A stretch of 64,000 bases of DNA from Bacteroidales bacterium (GTDB lineage Bacteria > Bacteroidota > Bacteroidia > Bacteroidales > WCHB1-69): contig JAZLLH010000060.1 of assembly GCA_045598025.1 (NCBI GenBank), positions 10,553-74,552 of the forward strand, given 5' to 3'. Below, piece after piece: positions 37,039 through 44,233 of this stretch. The notes under the pieces were generated by a model. The model saw only the letters and a list, made by a program, of their open reading frames with translations. It was not told the DNA's origin and ran no database searches. A program made the translations under genes and the position numbers. Each line of letters begins with the position of its first letter. Positions within the stretch are counted from its first letter, which is position 1.

Positions 37039-37818
37039 TTAAATCTTTTTAAAACGGTAGCTAATCGTACCTTTTTCTTCTGTCAGTGCGTCATTCTTGG
37101 CTTTGAATTTCGATTGTTTGGCGGCCTGTTCGCATTTTTTCCACAAAGCCACATCAGAGATAGTCGTACCTTTGACGCCGGCCTTGGCATACACTACATT
37201 GCCGTCCTTGTCGGCCCGGAATTCCACCACAATTATGCCATTCATATTGTCGGGAGCCTCGGGATAGGCCTTGTGCACCACCGGGCGGCCGTCCAGCCAG
37301 AAATCTCCTGCTCCGCTGCCCGTGCCGGCTCCACTGCCGCCACCACTTCCGCTGCCGCTGCCCGGACCCATACCACTGCCCGTACCCGTACCCGTACCAT
37401 TGCCTGTACTTCCGCCCGGTTTCTTTTTGAAAAGGGCGGCCTGGTTCACGACCGGTTCTGCCGGTGCTTCCTGCACCTTGGTGGCCGTAGGCGTGGCCTT
37501 GGCTTGTGCAGGAACCACTTTGGCCGTTGTTTCTACCTTTTGGGTAGATACCTTGGCCGACTCTGCCGGCTTTGCTGCCGGCTGCGGCTCCGTTGGACGG
37601 GGATTCGGCGTAACGGAGGATGCAGAGCCTCCACCGCCACCACCGCTCATATCCAATTCAATGCCATACTCCGGAGGAGGAGGCAACTGAAACTTCAAAC
37701 CGGCTGTCAAAAAGAAAACGAACAACAATACATACAGCACGGCAACGACTGTGACGGCCAGGTATTGGTTCCGTTTTGGAGCAGGTTCTTCGTTGTATTC
37801 TTTATAATAGGATGACAT
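37039..37818 (-). CDS. tonB: Energy transducer TonB
   Basis: ORF 37039-37911. The likely start is ATG 37818 (MSSYYKEYNEE), which avoids overlap with exbD. It has a TM helix (LAVTVVAVLYVLLFVFFL), a Pro-rich linker and a Gly/Ser/Thr-rich linker. The TonB_C-like end is GIIVVEFRADKDGNVVYAKA...ISYRFKKI. Confidence 0.75.
   Translation of the reverse strand: MSSYYKEYNEEPAPKRNQYLAVTVVAVLYVLLFVFFLTAGLKFQLPPPPEYGIELDMSGGGGGGSASSVTPNPRPTEPQPAAKPAESAKVSTQKVETTAKVVPAQAKATPTATKVQEAPAEPVVNQAALFKKKPGGSTGNGTGTGTGSGMGPGSGSGSGGGSGAGTGSGAGDFWLDGRPVVHKAYPEAPDNMNGIIVVEFRADKDGNVVYAKAGVKGTTISDVALWKKCEQAAKQSKFKAKNDALTEEKGTISYRFKKI
37379..37398. repeat. Hexanucleotide microsatellite (CCCGTA)x3.3 inside the tonB low-complexity linker
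   Basis: CCCGTACCCGTACCCGTACC encodes GTGTGTG on the minus strand. It is embedded in a ~100-nt GC-rich low-complexity stretch that encodes GTGTGTGSGMGPGSGSGSGGGSGAGTGSGAG. Confidence 0.8.
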
Positions 37819-37828
37819 GGCATTCGGA

Positions 37829-38260
37829 TTATTGCTTGGCGGTCGTTGCCAGAATGGCTTTGCACTTTTTACCGTATACATCGTTGGCCTTGTTGACCGC
37901 ATCGATGACATAGACGATGTTTTGGACGGGAACGCTTTTGTCTGCGCGAATCACCACGGTAGCATCTTCATCCAGCGTGGCCAGATGTTCTACCACAGCC
38001 GATTCCAACAGACTTTCCTCCACAGCCATCAGGTCCTTGTCTTCCTTGATGGCGTATTCCAGATTCTCGTCGATATACACTTCGAAATTCTGTTTGGCCA
38101 TCGTTTTGCTATTGCTTTGCGGCAACAGCAGTTTGATGGCATTCGGACTGACGAAGGTGGATGTGATCATAAAGAAAATCAGCAACAGAAATACCAAGTC
38201 AGCCTGCGTGGAAAGATTGAATTCCACCCTTGATTGGGGTCTTGCTTTGATAATGGACAT
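37829..38260 (-). CDS. exbD: Biopolymer transport protein ExbD/TolR
   Basis: 143 aa with the N-terminal TM segment LVFLLLIFFMITSTF and an ExbD-like periplasmic domain. Confidence 0.85.
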   Translation of the reverse strand: MSIIKARPQSRVEFNLSTQADLVFLLLIFFMITSTFVSPNAIKLLLPQSNSKTMAKQNFEVYIDENLEYAIKEDKDLMAVEESLLESAVVEHLATLDEDATVVIRADKSVPVQNIVYVIDAVNKANDVYGKKCKAILATTAKQ

Positions 38261-38272
38261 GGCCTCGTTGTT

Positions 38273-38971
38273 TTAGTTTGCCGGTTCATGCAGGAAATCC
38301 ATGAATTCCATGGCGCGGGCTTCCAACATCACCACCACTTTGTCTATACGGTTGATCAGAATGTTATGACAGATATAGCCGATAATGCCGACCACCAGTC
38401 CACTGGCTGTCGTAATCAAAGCAGTATATATACCGCCGGCCAAATCACCGATCTGCAGATTGTTGCCACTGTGGGCCATGTCGAAGAAAGCGACAATCAT
38501 ACCCGTCACCGTACCGAGGAATCCCAGCATCGGAGCCACAGAGGCCAGAGCAGCCACCACGCCGACACCTTTTTCCAGACGGGCCACTTCCAATTGTCCC
38601 ACATTGCTGATGGCTTCATTGATATCCGGCAGCGGCCGTCCCAGACGGGAAAGTCCTTTGTCAACCATGCGGGCGAGGGGCGTATGGGTGCTGCGGCACA
38701 AGCCCAAAGCAGAATCCAGGCGATCATGATGCATGAAATCGCGAATATTGTTCATGAAATTGGTATCGTCCTTGGACGCCTCCCTCAGAGCGAGAAACCG
38801 CTCCACGAAAATATACACTATGATACCGAGGGAAATCAAAAGCAAAAGCGTAATCCACACTGTGCCCGGACTGAATAACAGATCCAGAATTCTCAACTTC
38901 TCTTCATGGGGAACCATGTTGTCTGCCGATTGTTCGGCCACTTGTAATAAAATCATTGACAACGTACTCAT
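38273..38971 (-). CDS. exbB: MotA/TolQ/ExbB proton channel protein
   Basis: 232 aa with three TM helices and APMLGFLGTVTGMI plus ALITTASGLVVGI motifs. Confidence 0.85.
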   Translation of the reverse strand: MSTLSMILLQVAEQSADNMVPHEEKLRILDLLFSPGTVWITLLLLISLGIIVYIFVERFLALREASKDDTNFMNNIRDFMHHDRLDSALGLCRSTHTPLARMVDKGLSRLGRPLPDINEAISNVGQLEVARLEKGVGVVAALASVAPMLGFLGTVTGMIVAFFDMAHSGNNLQIGDLAGGIYTALITTASGLVVGIIGYICHNILINRIDKVVVMLEARAMEFMDFLHEPAN

Positions 38972-39073
38972 TTTAACAGTTATTTTTTGCGAAAATACAA
39001 CACTTTCGCATCAGAACGCAGAAAAAACGACGTTTTTTTTACACAAGCCATTGTGAATAGTCAAGCGGTCAAA

Positions 39074-39880
39074 TCAGTCCATAGGATAGAGACCGGAAAT
39101 GCGCTTGATCCAGAATATTACGCATGGAGGCAGCACAGGAGCCAGCCAACGGCAGAAAGCGTTTCCGAAACCGGGAATTTTTTGGAAACGTCCCCTGAAC
39201 ATGGCACGCACAGCCACTTTGGCTATGTGTTCCGGGCTGCACATCACGCCCAATCGCCTTGCCAGTTTGCGATAGCCATCCGACAAATGGTAGAGATTGG
39301 TGTCCACCGCACCGGGACAAACGATGCTCACATTGACACCGTAGTCCTTCACTTCATACCTCAAAGCGCGTGCAAACTCATGCAGATAACGCTTGGATGC
39401 AGCATAGACGGCAATGCCCGGATAAGGGAACCAGGCCGCCAGAGAATCAGTAATCAGAATATTTCCCCTCCGCTTCCGGCACATATCGGCGGCAAAATAA
39501 TGACAAAGCTGCGTAGGTGTCTCTACCTGAAGGCGGAGCAGCACTCGCATTTTTTCCGGAGAGGCATTTTTCACTTCTTCAAAAAAGAAAATGCCGGCGT
39601 TGCTGACCAGCACATCAACCTCCAGATGCTGCTGTCTGCAATATCCGTAGAGGTCGGCCGCAGCCGTCTCCAGGGAAAGATCAGTCGTCAGAGTGCGGAT
39701 TTTCACTTCAGGAAACTCTTTCTGCACAGAAGCAGCCGCCTGAAGGTTTTTCTCCTCCTCGTTGCTCACCATCAGCACGGAATATCCACGGCTGGCAAAC
39801 TGCCGGACATACTGCAGACCGATGCCTGAACATCCGCCCGTTACCAGAGCGTAAGTTCCTTTCACACTGTATTTTTTCAT
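39074..39880 (-). CDS. Short-chain dehydrogenase/reductase (SDR)
   Basis: 268 aa with ALVTGGCSGIG (TGxxxGxG), NAG and the YAASK (YxxxK) catalytic motif. Its ATG overlaps the TGA of the upstream OYE gene (ATGA). Confidence 0.85.
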   Translation of the reverse strand: MKKYSVKGTYALVTGGCSGIGLQYVRQFASRGYSVLMVSNEEEKNLQAAASVQKEFPEVKIRTLTTDLSLETAAADLYGYCRQQHLEVDVLVSNAGIFFFEEVKNASPEKMRVLLRLQVETPTQLCHYFAADMCRKRRGNILITDSLAAWFPYPGIAVYAASKRYLHEFARALRYEVKDYGVNVSIVCPGAVDTNLYHLSDGYRKLARRLGVMCSPEHIAKVAVRAMFRGRFQKIPGFGNAFCRWLAPVLPPCVIFWIKRISGLYPMD

Positions 39881-41121
39881 ATTTTCCCCTGCATTCCCAA
39901 TCGTTCGGCACGCTCCACTTCCCGCTGCAGTTTTTTCGGGAGCGGTTCACTCACACACTGATGACACTTCATTTCCAAAGTGTACATGCGGGCAATGCAG
40001 TAGTTGGAATGCCGGCATTGGCAACGCTCCTCCCCTTCTTTCAGGTGATTGATAAAGGAAGGATCATGTATCAGACAGCGCGCCATCTGCACCCCTTCGA
40101 AACCGGCATGCAACACTTCTTCTATTTTTTCACGGGATACCAGACCGCCCACATAAATCAGGGGCATGTGCAGAGCGGCTCTGAATTTTTTGGCATCTTC
40201 CAGGAAATAGGCTTCCCGGAAAGGAACGGTCGGTATCATCCAACGTCCGGCCACCGCCAAACCGGCTTTCAGCCACCAGAACTTGCGGAAATCCATGTAA
40301 TGAGCCAGGGTTTTGAGTGGCATGGCACCACGCATGACGTGCATGGGAGCCTTGCTCACAAAACCGGCAGACAGTACCAGGGCATGAACACCCAGACGCT
40401 CCAGTTCCTTGGCTACCTCTATGCAGTCATCCAATTGCATGCCTTTTTTGAATCCGTCAAACATATTGGTTTTGACCACAACGGCCATGTCATTGCCGGC
40501 CATTTTCATCACCTCCGTTATCACGTCCCTCATGAAACGCATGCGATGATCCAGACTGCCACCGTAAGCATCGCAACGATGATTGGTGTAGGGTGACAGA
40601 AATTGGGAAATCAGATAGCCGTGACCCGCATGGATTTCCACGCAGTCGAAACCGGCCTGTCTTGCCAGGCAAACGGCCTTGCCGAAGTCCTTGACCAATG
40701 ATTCGATTTCACTGATTTTCAATGCTCTGACAAAGGTCGGAGAATACAGATTGAAACCGGAGGATGCTCCCACAGGCATTTGTCCGCAGGTGGAGCGGTG
40801 TGTCATATTTCCACAATGCCCGAGTTGTATGGACGCCTTGGCTCCTTCGGCATGAATGGCATCCGTAAGACGTTTCAGTTCCGGCACGATTTCTTCCCGC
40901 ATCCACAACTGTCCGTCAAAAGAAAGACCGCTGCGGTTGACAGCAGCATAGGCAACGGTCGTCATACCGATGCCGCCCTTGGCCACACTGAGGTGGTAGT
41001 CGAACAAGTCCTGTGACGGTCTGTTGCCGTAACACATATTCTCAAATGCAGCCGAACGTATACTGCGGTTGCGCAAGGTGATGGGTCCCAACTGAAGGGG
41101 CGTGAACAGTAATGATTCCAT
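39877..41121 (-). CDS. NADH:flavin oxidoreductase (Old Yellow Enzyme family), short form with C-terminal Cys cluster
   Basis: 414 aa with LRNRSIRSAAFE and GFDCVEIHAGHGYLISQFLSPYTNHRCDAYGGSL (OYE TIM-barrel motifs). The C-terminal cluster is RCQCRHSNYCIARMYTLEMKCHQC. Confidence 0.85.
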   Translation of the reverse strand: MESLLFTPLQLGPITLRNRSIRSAAFENMCYGNRPSQDLFDYHLSVAKGGIGMTTVAYAAVNRSGLSFDGQLWMREEIVPELKRLTDAIHAEGAKASIQLGHCGNMTHRSTCGQMPVGASSGFNLYSPTFVRALKISEIESLVKDFGKAVCLARQAGFDCVEIHAGHGYLISQFLSPYTNHRCDAYGGSLDHRMRFMRDVITEVMKMAGNDMAVVVKTNMFDGFKKGMQLDDCIEVAKELERLGVHALVLSAGFVSKAPMHVMRGAMPLKTLAHYMDFRKFWWLKAGLAVAGRWMIPTVPFREAYFLEDAKKFRAALHMPLIYVGGLVSREKIEEVLHAGFEGVQMARCLIHDPSFINHLKEGEERCQCRHSNYCIARMYTLEMKCHQCVSEPLPKKLQREVERAERLGMQGKI

Positions 41122-41162
41122 GCTTTGTTACATTATGCGGGCGACGGACGCCCTATGACAAA

Positions 41163-41193
41163 CCGTCCTCCGGGAATGGCTCTCGGAGGACGG
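41163..41193 (-). terminator. GC-rich hairpin downstream of the phosphofructokinase gene
   Basis: The 10-bp stem CCGTCCTCCG (41163-41172) / CGGAGGACGG (41184-41193) has an 11-nt loop. On the minus strand it is preceded by A8 and followed only by TTTG. The strong T-run (ATTTTTTTTATTTTT) is on the plus-strand side. Confidence 0.45.
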
Positions 41194-41200
41194 ATTTTTT

Positions 41201-42433
41201 TTATTTTTCAGGATATACTTTGGGAAATTCGCATCCGAAAGTGGGAAGGTAGGGTTTTCCCAGTATGTTTTGCAGAAAATCCGTATATGCATCCGTGAAG
41301 GTGAATGTCTTTTCATCGTAGTAGATGCTCTGCAGCGGCTGATTGCCGATGGCACCCATGTCGATGGTGGACATATTGTATTCCTCCAGATATTCCGGAG
41401 TAACGATACGGTTCAGCACCGGCATTTTGCCATATTCTTCTCTCATAAGCAGATCCATGGCTTTGTCGGCCAGAGCCGAAGTAAAACGGCGATCGTAATC
41501 GGAGCAGGCTCCGGAACGGGGATAATATCCGGACACCTGGGAACGGGCCTCGATTCCGAGGCGTTTGCTGATTTCGGAAGCCACCACTCCGCTGACACCG
41601 CCGAAACGTTTGTGACCGTATTCATCGGTTTCGGAGCTGGCGTACACCATGCTCAATTCCTTGGTTTCATCGTTCCACCAGCGCACACCTTCGGAAACGG
41701 CTATCATCAGGTTCTTCTTTTCTGCATAGCGTTTTTTCACCTCTTCGAAAAAGCGTTCCTTGCGTTCGGCTGTCATCTCCACTTCAGGAACCAGGGCCAT
41801 TTCGGCACCGCCGAAAATAGCGGAACCCGTCAGCCACCCGGCATCACGTCCCATGACTTCCACCACCATGATGCGCTGATGGGATTCATTGGTAGAACGC
41901 AGATGACGCACCATATTGCTGATACAGAGGGCTCCGGAAGGAAAACCCGGACAGAGCACAGCCTCTATGTCCTGATTGCCGTAACGGTGCATGGTATGCG
42001 TACGCAGGTCATTGTCGATTGTTTTAGGGAAACCGATAACCGGGATGCCTTCCCGTTCATAGAGACGTTTAGCAGCTCCGTTGGTATCATCACCGCCGAT
42101 GGTTACCAACACATCAATATGATAGCGTTTCAGATTCTCCATAATCTGAGGAACTCTGTCCTCCGGATTCTTTTTGGTAGGAAAAGGATTGGTACGGCTG
42201 GAATTCAATGCGGTTCCGCCATAGGCTCCATTGTAGGGGACATTGGTCAGGTCCACCACATCGCCTTCACCCAACAGGCCTTTCCAGCCCTTGTGGATGC
42301 CATACACCTTGTAACCCAGCAGAAGTGCTCTTCTGCGTACATTTTCAATACTGGAATTGATTGCCGGAGTATCTCCTCCGCCGGACAGAATGGCCAGCGT
42401 TTTTCCTTTAAAAATTTTGTCGGTTTTCTGCAT
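41201..42433 (-). CDS. 6-phosphofructokinase, probably PPi-dependent type
   Basis: ORF 41201-42487. The likely start is ATG 42433 (MQKTDKIFKGKTLAILSGGGDTPAINS). It has TIGGDDTNGAA (GGDDT rather than the GGDGS of ATP-PFKs) and PKTIDNDL. Confidence 0.85.
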   Translation of the reverse strand: MQKTDKIFKGKTLAILSGGGDTPAINSSIENVRRRALLLGYKVYGIHKGWKGLLGEGDVVDLTNVPYNGAYGGTALNSSRTNPFPTKKNPEDRVPQIMENLKRYHIDVLVTIGGDDTNGAAKRLYEREGIPVIGFPKTIDNDLRTHTMHRYGNQDIEAVLCPGFPSGALCISNMVRHLRSTNESHQRIMVVEVMGRDAGWLTGSAIFGGAEMALVPEVEMTAERKERFFEEVKKRYAEKKNLMIAVSEGVRWWNDETKELSMVYASSETDEYGHKRFGGVSGVVASEISKRLGIEARSQVSGYYPRSGACSDYDRRFTSALADKAMDLLMREEYGKMPVLNRIVTPEYLEEYNMSTIDMGAIGNQPLQSIYYDEKTFTFTDAYTDFLQNILGKPYLPTFGCEFPKVYPEK

Positions 42434-42457
42434 GATTGAAATATTACAATTGAAATG

Positions 42458-42465
42458 CAAAGGTA
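42458..42465 (-). promoter_or_regulatory. Bacteroidetes-type -7 promoter box (TAnnTTTG)
   Basis: The minus strand reads TACCTTTG, 24 nt upstream of ATG 42433. Confidence 0.5.
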
Positions 42466-42508
42466 GTCTTTTTTTGGGTACACCCACCTTGCTGACGCAA
42501 AAAAATCT

Positions 42509-43447
42509 TTAGGATAAAGCCTGGTTGACCACAGAAGCATCCTGCAGAATCTGGTTGTATTCCTCCGGAGTGAGGTCGCCGTAAAAGAAATGGACGGGAT
42601 TGACCCGCTGCCCGTTTTTGATGACTTCATAGTGCAGATGGGTGCCGGAAGCCAGACCGCTGCTGCCCATATATCCTATGACTTCTCCCCTTTTCACCTT
42701 TTTGCCCGGACTGACAGCGGTTTTCAACAGATGGGCATAGACGGTCTTGTACCCGTTTCCGTGGTTGATGACGACCGTATTTCCATAACCGGAACCGGGA
42801 TTTTCGCTGCTGACCACGCCGTCGGCAGTGGCATAGATGGCCTGCCCACGCTTGCCGACCAGATCAATGCCGGTATGACTGCGTAAAATCTTGTATATGG
42901 GATGATAACGCATTCCAAAACCGGATATCACCTTGGGATTGCGAACCGGCGAAATGGCTGGGATACAAGCCATATGGGTCTCTTTGTTTTTCACCATTTT
43001 CCATATTTCCTCATAGGAAAGCAGTTGCTTCTGGGTGCGGGCAGTCAGTATGTCCACTTTTCGGGAAAGATGTTGCAGAGACTCCGAATTCACTTTTCCT
43101 GAAAAAGAAGAGGACTCGTTTTCCACCCACTGGTCACGGTCTCCTACCGGCTCTGCGTCCAGAATGGCCCGATACATATTGTCGTCCTTTTCCTCCATGT
43201 CCTTGAGCACATGAGACAAAGTATTCACCCTGCGGTCCAGGTTGCGGACCTGCAGTTCGGTTTCCTCCAATTCCCGTTTGAGCTGCTTTTCCTTGGGAGA
43301 AGTGAAAAAATTCGTATAAACCAACAGACATACGACAGCGAAAGCCACGGCAGTCGCCAGATGCGCCAGAATCTTTTTCAGCCAGTGAGTGGCTGAAACT
43401 TCCTCCACCTCGAAAGAAAGCGATTTGTGGTTGAATTTATACTTCAT
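42509..43447 (-). CDS. M23 family metallopeptidase
   Basis: 312 aa with an N-terminal TM helix and a coiled-coil. It has HTGIDL, NHGNGYKTVYAHL and GTHLHYEV (M23 zinc ligand motifs). Confidence 0.85.
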   Translation of the reverse strand: MKYKFNHKSLSFEVEEVSATHWLKKILAHLATAVAFAVVCLLVYTNFFTSPKEKQLKRELEETELQVRNLDRRVNTLSHVLKDMEEKDDNMYRAILDAEPVGDRDQWVENESSSFSGKVNSESLQHLSRKVDILTARTQKQLLSYEEIWKMVKNKETHMACIPAISPVRNPKVISGFGMRYHPIYKILRSHTGIDLVGKRGQAIYATADGVVSSENPGSGYGNTVVINHGNGYKTVYAHLLKTAVSPGKKVKRGEVIGYMGSSGLASGTHLHYEVIKNGQRVNPVHFFYGDLTPEEYNQILQDASVVNQALS

Positions 43448-43541
43448 ATGAGAAATGTAACGGAAGGCTTGGATTTTTATTTTACAGACAAACTCAAAAA
43501 AAATTTACGGAACAATCGGACAAAGTAACGGATTTTTTTTC

Positions 43542-43549
43542 TACTTTTG
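43542..43549 (+). promoter_or_regulatory. Bacteroidetes-type -7 promoter box (TAnnTTTG)
   Basis: TACTTTTG lies 53 nt upstream of ATG 43603. Confidence 0.55.
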
Positions 43550-43602
43550 CGTTTCAGGAACAATTAGTGTCAAGACATAATCACATACAAATACCAATCC
43601 AA

Positions 43603-44226
43603 ATGAAAAGAATTTCAATCCTACTGACCATTATTTTAATTACAAGCAATATCACTATGGCACAAAAAACAATCAAACTTCCCCCTGTGGACAAGGCCAT
43701 GCCCGTAACACTGATGCAGGCGTTGGATCAACGGCATACCGGACGGGATTACAAAGATCAGGAAATATCCATTGAACATCTGTCCAACCTTCTCTGGTGC
43801 GCCAACGGAGTCAACCGGGAGGATGGCAAACGGACCGCACCTTCCGCACGCAACTGTCAGGAAATCGACATTTACGTAGTCCTTCCGCAAGGCATATACC
43901 TGTACCAGCCCGATGAACATCTGCTGCAACTGAAAGCAGAGGGCGACCACCGTGCCGAGATAGGCATGCAGAATTTCACCCACACAGCGCCTCTGCTGCT
44001 GGTATATGTGGCCAATTATGACAAGATGGCCGACATGGACGAAAATGCCAGAAACCTGTACGGAGCCACCGACTGCGGCAATGTCAGCCAGAACGTATAC
44101 CTGTATTGTGCTTCCGCCGGCCTGGAAACCGTCGCGCTGGGCTCCATTTACCGGGACAAGTGCAAAAAACTGCTTCACTTTAACGGAAAAGCCATTTTAG
44201 GACAAGCCATAGGCTTCAAAAAATAG
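43603..44226 (+). CDS. Nitroreductase-fold (SagB/ThcOx-like) flavoprotein with apparent signal peptide
   Basis: ORF 43567-44226 starts at GTG. The first ATG, at 43603, gives MKRISILLTIILITSNITMAQ. It continues with LMQALDQRHTGRDY, LSNLLWCANGVNR and RTAPSARNCQEIDIYVV, which are typical nitroreductase-superfamily blocks. Confidence 0.75.
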   Translation: MKRISILLTIILITSNITMAQKTIKLPPVDKAMPVTLMQALDQRHTGRDYKDQEISIEHLSNLLWCANGVNREDGKRTAPSARNCQEIDIYVVLPQGIYLYQPDEHLLQLKAEGDHRAEIGMQNFTHTAPLLLVYVANYDKMADMDENARNLYGATDCGNVSQNVYLYCASAGLETVALGSIYRDKCKKLLHFNGKAILGQAIGFKK

Positions 44227-44233
44227 TCACACC

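Noticed and set aside
37271-37690. 139-aa Pro-rich plus-strand ORF (PLPPPLPLPLPGPIPLPVPVPVPLP...)
   Set aside because: It is the mirror image of the Gly/Ser/Thr/Pro low-complexity linker of tonB on the other strand, not an independent gene.
41270-42439. 389-aa plus-strand ORF opposite the phosphofructokinase gene
   Set aside because: It is an antisense shadow of a gene with clear PFK motifs (GGGDTPAINS, GGDDT, PKTIDNDL).
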